NCBI RefSeq assembly: GCF_006345805.1
Contig: NC_042997.1
Location: forward strand, 73,656,001 to 73,720,000
Length of the DNA: 64,000 nt
Source: Octopus sinensis
Lineage: Eukaryota
Direction: 5' to 3'
Below, piece after piece: positions 40,011-52,094 of this stretch (positions are counted from its first letter, which is position 1; every line of letters starts with the position of its first letter). Both the position numbers and the translations under genes were made by a program. Below the pieces are notes generated by a model. That model saw nothing but the letters and a program-made list of their open reading frames with translations. It was not told the origin of the DNA and did no database searches.

Positions 40011-40340
40011 GACCAAAATCAATGCTAGCCGTTAAAAATGTTCTTGAGGGTGTTTAATATGATGTTTAAGGCCAGTTATGGGGAGAGAACGAGTCTGTTA
40101 GATTCGATCATGGGTAGACTTGAGAGAGTTGAAGATATTTTATTATAGTAGGTTAAGTGCGGGTGTTATTAGGAGAGGTCATAAAAAACGGTTAAGGGTA
40201 GGTGAAAATAGGAGATAAATGGGGCAACGGGTGGGTGAAGGAAAATTAAAAATAAAATAGATAATATAAGTAAAAATAGAATACAGATGAAAAAATCTTC
40301 AACTCACTCAAGTCTACTCACGATCGAGTCTAACAGACTC

Positions 40341-40417
40341 CTTCTAAGGTGCCACACAGTGGGACTGAACCGGGAACCATGTGGCTGGTAAACAAGCTAC
40401 TTACCACACAGCCACTC
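40341..40417 (-). mobile_element. SINE family A, 5' head fragment
   Basis: Reverse complement of gagtggctgtgtggtaagtagcttg..ggttcagtcccactgtgtggcacctt. Confidence 0.8.
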
Positions 40418-40521
40418 ATGAAAAATCAACGAAAATGCATATTGTAGATATAAAAAGGCTATTTATGATAGGTAAAATAGCCTTTTTATATCTACAATAT
40501 GCATTTTCGTTGATTTTTCAT
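40418..40521. repeat. Perfect hairpin: 47-bp arms, 10-nt loop
   Basis: 40418-40464 is the exact reverse complement of 40475-40521; abuts the SINE head. Confidence 0.95.
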
Positions 40522-40574
40522 TTTTTATCCTTACATTTCCACGTGTATTTTATATTTTTTTCAAAACGTATTTC

Positions 40575-40650
<76 letters not shown>

Positions 40651-40654
40651 ATAT

Positions 40655-41342
40655 ATACTAAGTAATTAAGGGTTTAGCAACGATTTGCCTCACCACACAC
40701 CGAATTTAGAAATAGCAGTCAAAAAGTTTTGGCTATTCTTTCTACTTAAAAGGGAGATCCCAGTAAAACCACAGCACTTAAAAAGCAAACGACGCAGGCA
40801 AAAGAGAAAGAAATGACGAAAATCATTCTATATTAAGTCACCTACGGACGTACGTTTCGGAATTAAGTCAATTCAGTATGTCACCATCCCCCTTATTTTG
40901 GCAGCATGCTGGCGGAAGGGGGATGGTGACATACTTTCATTCACCCTTTGAATTTGATGTTACTGGTAATGGCTTACGCTCGCTCTGATACCATGAGTTG
41001 AGGTGATGTCTTCTAGTGCCTTCAAATTTAATACACAATTATTAATAATTGAGACGCAATTATTTATAATTGAAGAGTCCTACGCTGAGGAGGAAAATAG
41101 TCAGGTAAGACATAATTATATAATTTTTATGCTCTGAATTGACTTAATTCCGTAGGTGACTTAATATAGAATGATTTTCGTCATTTCTTTCTCTTTTGCC
41201 TGCGTCGTTTGCTTTGTAAGTGCTGTGGTTTTACTGGGATCTCCCTTTTAAGTAGAAAGAATAGCCAAAACTTTTTGACTGCTATTTCTAAATTCGGTGT
41301 GTGGTGAGGCAAATCGTTGCTAAACCCTTAATTACTTAGTAT
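40655..41342. mobile_element. Inverted pair of PLE-type terminal repeats carrying a split hammerhead
   Basis: Arms 40655-40876 and 41134-41342 differ by one substitution and a 13-nt deletion. Plus strand has cctacg CTGAGGA ggaa at 41079-41095; the left arm read on minus has attcc GAAAC GTAC GTC cgtagg. Preceded by (TA)n, with another (TA)n tract about 100 bp past the right arm. Confidence 0.75.
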
Positions 41343-41444
41343 TACTTAAACCTTTCTTGAATGGGGCTTTTACATGCCGAACTCTACTTGGTGAAATTAA
41401 TGATTATTTCTAAATTAATTAATTTCACCCTTTATTATTGATAA

Positions 41445-41454
41445 TTGTATATAT

Positions 41455-41547
<93 letters not shown>

Positions 41548-41568
41548 TATATATGTAGATAGAAAGAT

Positions 41569-41649
<81 letters not shown>

Positions 41650-41652
41650 GAT

Positions 41653-41717
<65 letters not shown>
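41445..41717. repeat. Long (TA)n compound microsatellite
   Basis: Directly visible; another tract lies at about 42295-42497. Confidence 0.95.
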
Positions 41718-41719
<2 letters not shown>

Positions 41720-42359
41720 GTTCGATGTCCAAGGAAAGAGATCCAGAGGTAGCCAAACGTCACACAAGCACCCAAGGAATTAGTAATCACACTTGCGTGG
41801 GAGTTAATTCCGAGGACAGATGAGACGTGTTTTGGTGAACATAAAAAAGGAAAATAGAGACAGATGCTCAAGATGTTATTTAAATCATTTATATCACCAT
41901 ATCGCCGAAATATGTATCGATATATGCATTAAAATAAATCCGAGGGGAGGAATAATATGGAAAAATTCATGTGTTCATCAATAAGTTATTTTTAAGGATG
42001 TAAGAAACTACAATATGTATATATGGAAAACCTTTGTTTTACACACACACACACACACACAAATATATGATATATATATATATATCATATATTGTAGTTT
42101 CTTACATCTGTAAAAATGACTTATTGATGAGCACTGTTGTTTATAACCTCCATGATAAGATTGATGCATTTTTTCACATTATTCTTCCTCTCGGACGTAT
42201 TCTAATGCATCTGTCGAAACATGTGTCGGTGATATGGTGATATAAATGATTTAAATAACATTTTGAGCGTTTGTCTCCATTTCCCATTATTCTTATATAC
42301 ATACATACATACGTACATACATACATACATACATACATACATACATACGTACATACATA

Positions 42360-42501
<142 letters not shown>

Positions 42502-42582
42502 TTCTTCATATATGAATTAAGGCTACCATTGGTTTCATGTTAAGAGGCCGGTTACATGGAGAAAGGTGTTCGCTTTCATTTT

Positions 42583-42624
42583 GAAAGACAGCCATGTTTC
42601 GTTCACGGGATTTCTCGTAGTTTC
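42583..42624 (-). ncRNA. Degenerate type I hammerhead
   Basis: Minus: gaaa CT-ACGA gaaatcccgtgaac GAAAC atggct GTC tttc; stem I gaaa/tttc; core lacks G5; about 290 nt 3' of the PLE ORF at 42910-44400. Confidence 0.4.
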
Positions 42625-42909
42625 GCGTAAATAAAACAATGAATCACTGAATCAAAGGACGTTACTCTTGAGTGACATCTTTGGATGATTGTCTCCCCTT
42701 GATTTGCCTTTTGATTATTTTTGGGACTAATTTGGTTTATTTTGCATTATTTCTTTTTGTTCTGGATATCTTGTTCTTGTACTTGTATGTTGAGTTAGTT
42801 CGTCATTGGGGCATATTTCTTCTGTGAAGTTTGTGTGCTATGTGTGTTCAGGTTTATGAAAGGGGCTATCCCTCGTTCATAGGGGCTCTTCTTTGAAATA
42901 TGAGAGTGT

Positions 42910-44400
42910 AAGTTATTGCTTGTGTATGCAAGGAGAGAAGGTTTTATCCGTAATGTTTAAGATGTTATCTTTTGATTGTATAATATTTAAGTTTTCAGTA
43001 ATACATAGTTCACATTTGGTACCCGGTCCCCTCTATTTTCTGGCTTTAGCAATAATTTTCCATTCCATCAGGGGGCTGCTTGTTCTACTTTCTTACAATG
43101 TCCATGTTATTTTTGATAGGGAGGTCGTATGTCTTTTTGTTTTTGTCCCTGAATGATGCAAGATGTTGTGCATACTGTTCCTTAAACGAGTTACCCGTCA
43201 TTCCGATGTATGTCTTTGCTATTCCATTGGGGTCCATGATCTTGTATACAAATTCTTTCTCCAGACAGTTGTTGTTTAGAGGGCAGCGGTTTGGGGGTCT
43301 GAAGTCGCATTTTCTTTCTGGAGTGCTTCAGGTGTGTTTAAATTTATTATGATTTATTACTATTGACCCTATTTTGTGGAGGTAATTATAGCAAACTTTA
43401 ACAGTCTTTCTGGTGAAGATTTTGTGGTACTTGTGTGAATGTGAAAAGTAGTTGTCTATCAGCTTTAAGAATTTCCTCTGCCTTCATGCTATACGGTGGG
43501 TTGAACCATAAGATTTTCCTCTGTCGGCATCTTCATGGTCTATTTTTATTTGGTTCAATGCAGTGTATGCTATTCTTGAAGTTGGACCTTTTTAATGCAG
43601 CATTGTAATATGGGGCGGCTTTTTCAAAAGTGTCTTTGTCTACGGATAAAATGCTAATATTGTTAACTATTTAATTACTGCTGGTGGGTGGATGGAACCT
43701 ATGTTTACGTACGAGGCTTCTTCGTTTTGTTTGTGGTAGGGTTTAAATTTTCCTTTGTTAAGGTTCATGTTAATGTCTAGGAAGTTGACTTCTTTAAGGT
43801 CTGTACTAATTCTGGTACTTAGGTCTAATTGGCTGAATACTTTGCATAATTTTTCCTTATTCTATCCCTATCATGTCCGTTTATATTGTGTACTACTCCC
43901 AGGCCATCGTTCCTATATAGGTCTACGTTAGATTCTTTTATTTATTTTTTAAGGGCATCTAGGATACAAAGGCAGACAAGGTCAGTTATCTCTGCATCGT
44001 CATAGCTCCCCATTGCCACGCCAAGTAACTTGTCTCTATTCTTTTTACCCAGTAGGAATTATCATGAAAGAGTATTGCGTTCATAGACATAATTATGTAT
44101 GCAAGGAAGTCAACTCTTTCATTTTAATTCCTCCGCAACTAGCTTATGTCAACACTGTTGGTCAATATATAAAGGTTAGAAATATAACTTTTTTCACCTA
44201 TACAGGCCAGTCGTTTTGGTTGTCATCGCCTGGTGATCATAGTTCTTCAATTAACTTGGCATTTGATTGTAATTCATATATCCTCTCTTACTCCCTTCGC
44301 TCAGTGGGGAGTCCTTTGGCTTTGTATAATACAGCACACCAGGAATTGATGATCTCAAAGGACAGCAACAATAGGACGAAAGGTTGACAGAAACAGTATA
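42910..44400 (-). pseudogene. Naiad-type PLE, RT + GIY-YIG, 5' truncated
   Basis: FHDNSYWVKK..AMGSYDDAEITDLV..LYRNDGL..EVNFLDINMNL..ILWFNPPYS..CPLNNNCLEK..TYIGMT..WKIIAKA..CELC..PCIH. Confidence 0.88.
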
Positions 44401-44535
44401 AGGAAAGGGGAGTAGAACTTCTATCAGTAGCAGTAGAACTAAAATAATTATTTCTGCTTCAAACAAAAGAGTAGCAATTTTGAGGGAGCTGGATTAAACA
44501 CCATCGATACAAGTATTTATCTTTTTAATATTTTC

Positions 44536-44770
44536 TTTTACTTGTTGTAGTCATTGAACTGCGACCATGCTGGACATCACCTTGAAGGGGTTTTAGTTGA
44601 ACGAATCGATCCCAGAACATTTTAAAAACTTGGTGCTTATTCTACTGGTGTCTTTTGCCGAAACGCTAAGTTACGAGGACACACACAAGCCAACACTGGT
44701 TGTCAAGCAGTAGTGGAGGATAAACACACACACACACACATATATATACATACATACGTACATATGATGG
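44536..44770 (-). mobile_element. SINE family A, 3' half
   Basis: Reverse complement of cttgacaaccagtgttg..aacttagcgtttcggcaaaag..cagcatggtcgcag..caagtaaa; ends at the internal microsatellite. Confidence 0.75.
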
Positions 44771-44794
44771 ATATACTGTGGTACTACTATAACT

Positions 44795-44942
44795 ATCAGG
44801 CCCGAAATTTTGGGGGAGGGGGCTAGTCGATTAGATCGACCCCAGTACGCAACTGGTATTTAATTTATCGACACCGAAAAGTTGAAAAGCAAAGTCGACC
44901 TCAGCGGAATTTGAACTCAAACGAGAAGACAGACGAAATACC
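44795..44942 (-). mobile_element. SINE family B, head-truncated
   Basis: gagttcaaattccgctgaggtcgactttgc..gataaattaaataccag..ggggtcgatctaatcgac. Confidence 0.8.
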
Positions 44943-45176
44943 TATTTCTTTACTACCCACAAAGGGCTAAACATAGAGAGGACAAACAAGAACAGACAAA
45001 CGGATTAAGTCGATTACATTGACCCCAGTGCGTAACTGGTACTTAATTTATCGACCCCGAAAGGATGAAGGGCAAAGTCGACCTCGGCGGAATTTGAACT
45101 CAGAACGTAACGGCAGGCGAAATGCTGCTAAGCATTTCGCTCAGCGTGCTAACATTTCTGCCAGCTCACCGCCTTA
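44943..45176 (-). mobile_element. SINE family B, full length
   Basis: aaggcggtgagctggcagaaatgttagc head; central ccgaggtcgactttgcccttcatcctttcggggtcgataaattaagtacc recalls the MetaSINE central domain (from memory, unverified). Confidence 0.85.
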
Positions 45177-45194
45177 GTGAGACTTTTTATTGAC

Positions 45195-45236
45195 GTACCC
45201 GAAGAGACTCAAAACGGGTCGAAATATGTGTTGTAC
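45195..45236 (+). ncRNA. Minimal type I hammerhead, mutated, solo pLTR remnant
   Basis: gtac CCGAAGA gactc aaaac gggtc GAAA tatgt GTT gtac then AATAAA; 4-bp stem I and 5-bp stem II intact; three transition changes from the consensus (U4C, 15.2 C>U, C17U). Confidence 0.55.
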
Positions 45237-45396
45237 CCAATAAAGTCTATTACACATTCCATCTATTTTATTAATACTGTTGCCCCAACCACCACTACGA
45301 AGTTCCTGCAATAAATCTACGGATAACAATAGGTAATCGAAACTGTGCCGGTACTTTAAACATCATCTATTTATACATTTTGTATAATTTCTCCAT

Positions 45397-45464
<68 letters not shown>

Positions 45465-45474
45465 CATATATACA

Positions 45475-45613
45475 CGACGAGCTTTTTTCAGTTTCCGTCT
45501 ACCCAATCTACTCACAAGGTTTTAGAAAGTAGCGAAAGGGGCCACGCAGTGGGACTGAACCCAAACCATGTAGTTGGGTAAGGAAGCTTCTCACAACACA
45601 GCTATGCCTGCGA
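45475..45613 (-). mobile_element. SINE family A, 5' half with internal deletion
   Basis: Reverse complement of gggttcagtcccactgcgtggccc..gattgggtagacggaaactgaaaaagctcgtcg. Confidence 0.8.
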
Positions 45614-45742
45614 CTGTTTGAGGAGAATGAAAGACAAAGCTAACTCTGGAGGGAGTTGAACTCAGGACGCAAAGAGTCGGAATAAATTAGTGAAATGATA
45701 ATAATGAACAAATAATTATGAACAATGGCTAGTATTATTATT

Positions 45743-46130
45743 GGAGGCGCAATGGCCCAGTGGTTAAGGCAGCGGACTCGCGGTCGTAGGATCGCGGTTT
45801 CGATTCCCAGACCGGGCATTGTGAGTGTTTATTGAGCGAAAGCACCTAAAGCTTCACGAGGCTCCTGCAGGGGGTGGTGGTGAACCCTGCTGTACTCTTT
45901 CACCACAACTTTCTCTCACTCTTTCTTCCTGTACAAGGGCCAGCCTTGTACCTGTATTTCAAAGGGCCAGCCTTGTCACACTCTGTGTCACGCTGAATCT
46001 CCTCGAGAACTACGTTAAGGGTACGTGTGTCTGTGGAGTGCTCAGCCACTTGCACGTTAATTCCACGAGCAAGCTGTTCCGTTGATCGTATCAGCTGGGA
46101 CCCTCATCGTCGTAACCGACGGAGTGCTCC
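45743..46130 (+). mobile_element. SINE family C (tRNA-derived), full length with 13-bp TSD
   Basis: Box A/B-like head ggcccagtggttaagg..ggtttcgattccc; TAGTATTATTATT at 45730-45742 and 46133-46145. Confidence 0.9.
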
Positions 46131-47072
46131 TATAGTATTATTATTATTATGCTGTTCAGCAATTATAATTTGGACTCTCTGTCAGTGCACGCATTTAAAT
46201 ATTTGTACAATGGAGAGGATGACCGAATACAGAAACGGTAGATGTCATATAAAATTATTTTGTCCGTTTCTGAGTTCAAATCATGACTTCATGAATTGAA
46301 AAAATAAAGTACCAGTCACATGTCGGTGTCAATTAAATTGACTATAACATTCTCTCAAATCTATAGCCTTGTATCTAACTTATATACCAATATCTAGACA
46401 TCGGTGCGAGTGTCGTCGCTAACGAGGTCTCTAGATATTGTAGCACCAGATCGTCTTCATATCTGGCTAATGTCGTTTTACTTTAACTTGGTATATCACT
46501 TTTATTTTCACAATGTACTTAAATTGAAAGTTACCGTAACAAAGAGTTCATCAGAAGATGCAATATTTTATTAATTGTAAACGTATCATTAACCTGTAGT
46601 CATCAGCAAATTTGCTACAATTTCAGAATAAATTGTGGACTATTGATATTCTTATATAGGGAAAGATTTGTGTTTTCTGTGGTGGCCTTAAATGATTTTA
46701 AAGTAGCGCCTGACTGATACAGTCGGGAGTATGTAATGATTGATCCCGCTCAAATCGTTCCAAAATCAATAGTGCTTCCAAACTTGAAAATGAACTAACT
46801 CACCAATTGATAAGATATTGCTTATTCTAGCCGAATAGATTTCAAAGTATGAATTCATAAATATTTTCGGGCAATTAGCAAATAATTCAATATTTTATAG
46901 CAATATAAACGCTCTACTTGGAAGTAGGAAACTGCTGAGCTAAGTACCAAGGAATATTTAGTTTCATTCATGATATTCCCATCTGAACTAGGAACGATGC
47001 TTATCGATTATACCGCCACCCCTTCAAATATATGTAGTATTAAAAAAAATGTGAAAAATCGATATTATGCAT

Positions 47073-47133
<61 letters not shown>

Positions 47134-48180
47134 ATTAATGAATTGCTTCAATTGATTCTTCTGTTATGTTTCTAGAAATACGAGCAAATTTTAATAATTT
47201 CTATTCAGATGTCTAAAAGGGATCACAGATTTGGACAGAATATCAATAAGCATAAACATTTGGATAAAAGAATACAACACAAGCAATTTGTTTTACTTAT
47301 ACATGTGCACATGGGTATTAAACATACGTTGTTTTAATCTTTTGTAAATTGTTGTTTATGAAATCAGTATAGGATATGCAAAATTTTGAATAAATATTGT
47401 CAATTCAGATTACCAACAGTATAAACAGTAACATAAAACTGGAATTTTATCTGTGCTTCCACATAGGTTGATACACGTTAATATAATTTAGAATGACTCA
47501 TCCAACAGTATGAGAGATATTTTATAAATATATATTTATACACACACACTAATGTGTGTTTGTGTGTGTGTGCGTGCGTGCGTGCGTTTGTGCGTGTGTG
47601 AGTGTGTCTATGTTTCTGTTTATGCATATGTATGTATATAAATATATACATATGTATATATAAGTATATGCTTATATATATGTATGTGTGTATATTTTTA
47701 TACATACTTGTCTGTTTATGTATACATATAAATAAAAGTGAAAAGCCCACATTCTAGTAAAAAAGAAAACTGTTCCGTTAATTTCTTTGCAGATAATATT
47801 GCTAGCATAAATAATAAAAATGTGTTCACTCAAGATCAAAACAACCTCAACGACTAAGCTGACTATTGTTCCTACAAATAAAAAGGAACTCAATTCCAGA
47901 AGGAATTTTAGAGTAGATGTCTTATAAAATGCCTTGAGATATTTATCCCTCTCCTCTAGTGTTTTTACCCGATTATTACCATCGAGTTATTTCTCATTTA
48001 CCTCCAAAGCATTAATTCACAATAACAAATATTTCAAGAAAATCAAGAATCATATCAGGGGAAAATAAGCATGGAAGAATGATATTTAATTCTATTAATA
48101 GAAATGAAATAAAGGAAAATCAATATTGACATAACATATCCCGTAATGTTCTCAAATATTTTTATCTTAATTGACAAAGT

Positions 48181-48524
48181 AGTTTTTCATTTATAAATTA
48201 TATTTTATTAATGGTGTAATGCATAAATTCTACTGTATTTTAGATTTTGTAGTTTACGTTTTATCGTTCAATCAGTGGATTCCATTAAGCAACATTATAG
48301 TATTCTGCGTGAGAAAAATTCCTTTCTACCTGTGTTCATACTTTTTCTCTCCATTTACATAGCGTGAGCAGTTCATAATTCACTGGGTTGTCTAATGTTG
48401 AAAACTTCGTTTTAAAGGAATAAATTTAACTTCTGCTTCAGCTTATGCATATATATGCATGTTTGTGTATATCCGTGTACCTATAGATGTGTACATGTCT
48501 GTGTATATGTGTGAGTGTGTATAT

Positions 48525-48596
<72 letters not shown>

Positions 48597-48773
48597 ATAT
48601 ACACACTCACACAGATACACAGACATGTACACATCTATAGGTACACGGATATACACAAACATGCATATATATACATAAGCTGAAGCAGAAGTTAAATTTA
48701 TTCCTTTAAAACGAATTACAGTAGAATTTATGCATTACACCATTAATAAAATATAATTTATAAATGAAAAACT
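48181..48773. repeat. Interrupted palindrome centred on (CT)n(TA)n(GA)n
   Basis: 48406 to centre pairs with centre to 48715 (two mismatches seen outside the microsatellite); 48181-48237 pairs with 48717-48773; 48238-48405 is unpaired. Confidence 0.9.
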
Positions 48774-50365
48774 TGAAGGATATTCCAGTACCTTCTAGAA
48801 AGGAATTTACTTTGAAACTTATTAATAATATTAAGGATTTTGTTTCTAGAATTAAATGGAAAGCTTACTATTATAACTATTATATATCTAATCTTAATGA
48901 TAGTATGAATGATAATTTTACCTCTAATTTTAAATCCAAAAAGGAACCCCCATTTAATAGAGAATTACAAATACTAGAAGATAATATTTTGAAGGTGGTG
49001 AAAAACATTAAATTTCATAAATACCCAAACAGAAATAATGAATATTTAAGAAATTTAGCAATTAGAATTAAAGATATGAGAAATATGGATGGTATTATTG
49101 TACAATCTGATAAAACTAGGAATCTATATAAATTGGATGTTAAATTATATGATAACCTTTTAGAGAAAGAAATAATTAAAAAATATAAAATTGTTCCAGA
49201 TAGTAAACTTTATAATATTAATAAGGCCTCTAAATTAGTAATGATAAACTATGAATTGGATAATAAAACTGAACCTTATGTACCTATGCACCCTAGAATT
49301 ACTCTGAAAGACCATAAAGATAATTTTTATTCAGACCCTAAATTTAGATTAATTTGTCCATGTAAATCTGACCTTGGTAAATTAAGTAAACTTATTTTAG
49401 ATAAATATATTAATAAATTAAATAAACTTAATTACTTAAAATTATGGTTTAGTAATAATAATACTTTGAATTGGTTTAATAATATTAAAGATAAAAATCG
49501 TTATAAATTTATTCAAATAGATATAGATAATTACTATTCTTCTATTAATGTTTAATAAGGCCCTTATTTTTGCAATGAATAAAGTGGGAATGACATTTGA
49601 AGAAGTTAATGTAATTAAAATGGCTAGGAAATCGCTCATTAAATATAAAAATTTTTTGGATATACCTATGGGAGCACCTGATTCTGCACAAGCTACGGAT
49701 TTAGTAGATATTTATCTTTTATCTGAACTCCAATTAGAAAATTTAAAGATAGAGGGTGGTTTATATAGGGATGACCTTCTACTAATTACTAAGAATTGCA
49801 CTAATAGGAACCTAGAAGTATATAAGAAAAAACTTTATAGTTTCTTTAAAAGATATGGTTTAAGTATCACTATATATAATGAGAATTTTAATGTTAATTA
49901 TTTAGATGTTAATTTTAGTCTAATTACAGGTAAAACACAACCATATCATAAACTTAATGAGAACCTTAGATATATAAATGTTAATAGTAATCACCCACCA
50001 TCAATTAAAATATCGTTGATTAATAATATAAGTAAACGTATATCATTACTTTCTTATGATATAGAGATTTTTAATAAACAAATGGCGGTGCCCCAGCATG
50101 GCCACAGCTCGTGAGCTGAAACTAGATAAAATAAAATAAAAAATAAAATATGCTCCTTATTATAATGAGGCCCTTAGAGAGGCAGGCTATAATAGTAATA
50201 TTAAATTTTTTATTAAAAATAAAGATAAAAGATATAACTAATAATTTTAGAGATATAAATATTAATAATAATTATAATAATTTTGTTAGTAATAGTGGTA
50301 AAAATATTAGAAATTATAAAAATAAAAATAATATAAATAAAAATAAGAATAAAAATAAAAATAAA

Positions 50366-50397
<32 letters not shown>

Positions 50398-51150
50398 TAA
50401 AATTAATAACTTTAATAATTCTTTAAATGCTGATTATAAATATAAATCTGATAATAATAATAATATTAATATGATAACGAAATATAATTACAACAATAAT
50501 AATGACAGTTTTAATAATAAGAAGGAAAATAAGAATAAAATTTGGTTAATAGTTCCTTATGGTGCTCAAGTTAAAACGAACATTATTAAAGAGATTTTAG
50601 ATATTATTGAACTATTTATTCGAGATAATCGTAAATATAAAAACATTTTCTCTAGTAATAATTTTGGAGTAGGTTATTCCACCACTAATAGTGTAGGTAA
50701 CATTATTTCTTCTTTTAACAAATTTAAACTGAATAATTTTTATAAAAATAAATTATTTAATAATACCAATAATAAAGACAAGACACTAATTAACTGTACA
50801 TGTAGAGATAAATCTAAATGTCAATTAAATAATAAATGTGATACTAATGATGTAGTGTATAGTTACATTACATGATAAGAATATTAAGAATAATAATAAC
50901 TCAAACGCGATATATATAGGGTCCACTTCCTCTAAAATAAAATAAAGAATCGCACAACATTTGAATTCATTTAAAAATAAAAAACTTAATTAACTCCACT
51001 GGACTTAGCAAGTACATTTGGAGACTTAAATGCCAAAATATTAATTATAATTTATCTTGGGAAATAATTAGTAAAACTAAATCATATAATCTTCAACAAT
51101 TTATTCTCTTTTTTTTGCTAATAACGTAATTCCATGAGTATTCTTATAAA
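48764..51150 (+). pseudogene. Very AT-rich Naiad-type PLE, near full-length RT + GIY-YIG
   Basis: LKDIPVPSRKEF..RIKWKA; VQSDKTRNLY; ITLKDHKDNF..RLICPCKSDLGKLSK; IDIDNYYSSI; MGAPDSAQ; LYRDD; SNHPPSI; CTCRDKSKCQLNNKC; IYIGST; GLSKYIW. Frameshifts near 49550 and 50870. Confidence 0.92.
50079..50148 (+). mobile_element. Short 3'-tail insertion (SINE A/partner-LINE tail) inside the PLE ORF
   Basis: ggcggtgccccagcatggccacagctc..ctgaaactagataaaataaaa resembles the SINE A tail; removing it restores EIFNK-YAPYYNEALREAGY. Confidence 0.75.
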
Positions 51151-51720
51151 CGCTGTATAAGACGTTTTTTGATCCAAAATTCTAGTTCATTGTTTAAACC
51201 TCGCCAAGAAAAGTATGTATCTTTTTAAGACCTTCAAATTGTAAATTTTTAATATTGTATAAGCCTTTGGAGTAATAATATTCTCCTTATGTAAATATTG
51301 TTGTTTATGTAATGATCGTAATTTTCTATGTTATTAGATATTAAATAAATTAGATAAACTTTGATAAAATTAGATATGTTTCGACTAAAGATTGGTCTAA
51401 GCCATATCTAATTTAATAGCATAATTTATATTAGATAATTATTCCCATTCATAATTACATAAATATTTAAAATGACTAATATATATAAATTATCAATGAA
51501 AATATATATAAATATTATAATCAAGATCTAAAATAATCTCTATAAATAATTGTATATAATGAAAACCTAATAAATTTAATTTTTCATATTTAAAGATGAA
51601 ATAGCTAATTTCAAAATACAAATAAACTAACTTAAACTGACTTTCAAAATCTTATGTAAAATACTTACATAAATATTCAATTCTTAGTAATATAGTATTA
51701 AATAAATACTATAAGTGGAA

Positions 51721-52071
51721 TGGAAGCACTCCGTCGGTTACGACGACGAGGGTTCCGGTTGATCCGAATCAACGGAACAGCCTGCTCGTGAAATTAACGT
51801 GTAAGTGGCTGAGCACTCCACAGACACGTGTACCCTTAACGTAGTTCTCGGGGATATTCAGCGTGACACAGAGAGTGAAAAGGCCGGCCCTTTGAAATAC
51901 AGGTACAACAGAAACAGGAAGTAAGAGTGAGAGAAAGTTGTGGTGAAAGAGTACAGCAGGGATCACCACCATCCCCTGCCGGAGCCTCGTGGAGCATTAG
52001 GTGTTTTCGCTCAATAAACACTCACAACGCCCGGTCTAGGAATCGAAACTGCGATCCTATGACCGCAAGTC
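51721..52071 (-). mobile_element. SINE family C, head-truncated
   Basis: Reverse complement matches 45770-46130 throughout. Confidence 0.9.
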
Positions 52072-52094
52072 TATATATATATATATATATATAT

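Noticed and set aside
40870-40940. SECIS-like reading on minus (ATGAA...stem...TGAA)
   Set aside because: The 20-bp helix is too long, the quartet register is off and no selenoprotein ORF is adjacent; kept only as a hairpin.
45743-45815. tRNA gene (also 63531-63605)
   Set aside because: The tRNA-like heads run into SINE bodies and lack a full acceptor stem; treated as SINEs.
46480-46620. Two CTGATGA motifs on minus as hammerheads; likewise CTGACGAG at about 54733 and CTGAAGA on minus at about 53495
   Set aside because: No correctly placed GAAA, stem III and NUH partner.
50873-50875. TGA in the PLE endonuclease as possible selenocysteine (some Naiads are selenoproteins)
   Set aside because: The homologous sequence (IYIGST) continues in another frame, so this is a frameshift product; the Cys motifs in the other copies use TGT/TGC.
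51366-51412. Hairpin containing GAAAC on minus near the PLE 3' end
   Set aside because: No CUGANGA core; just an 11-bp inverted repeat.
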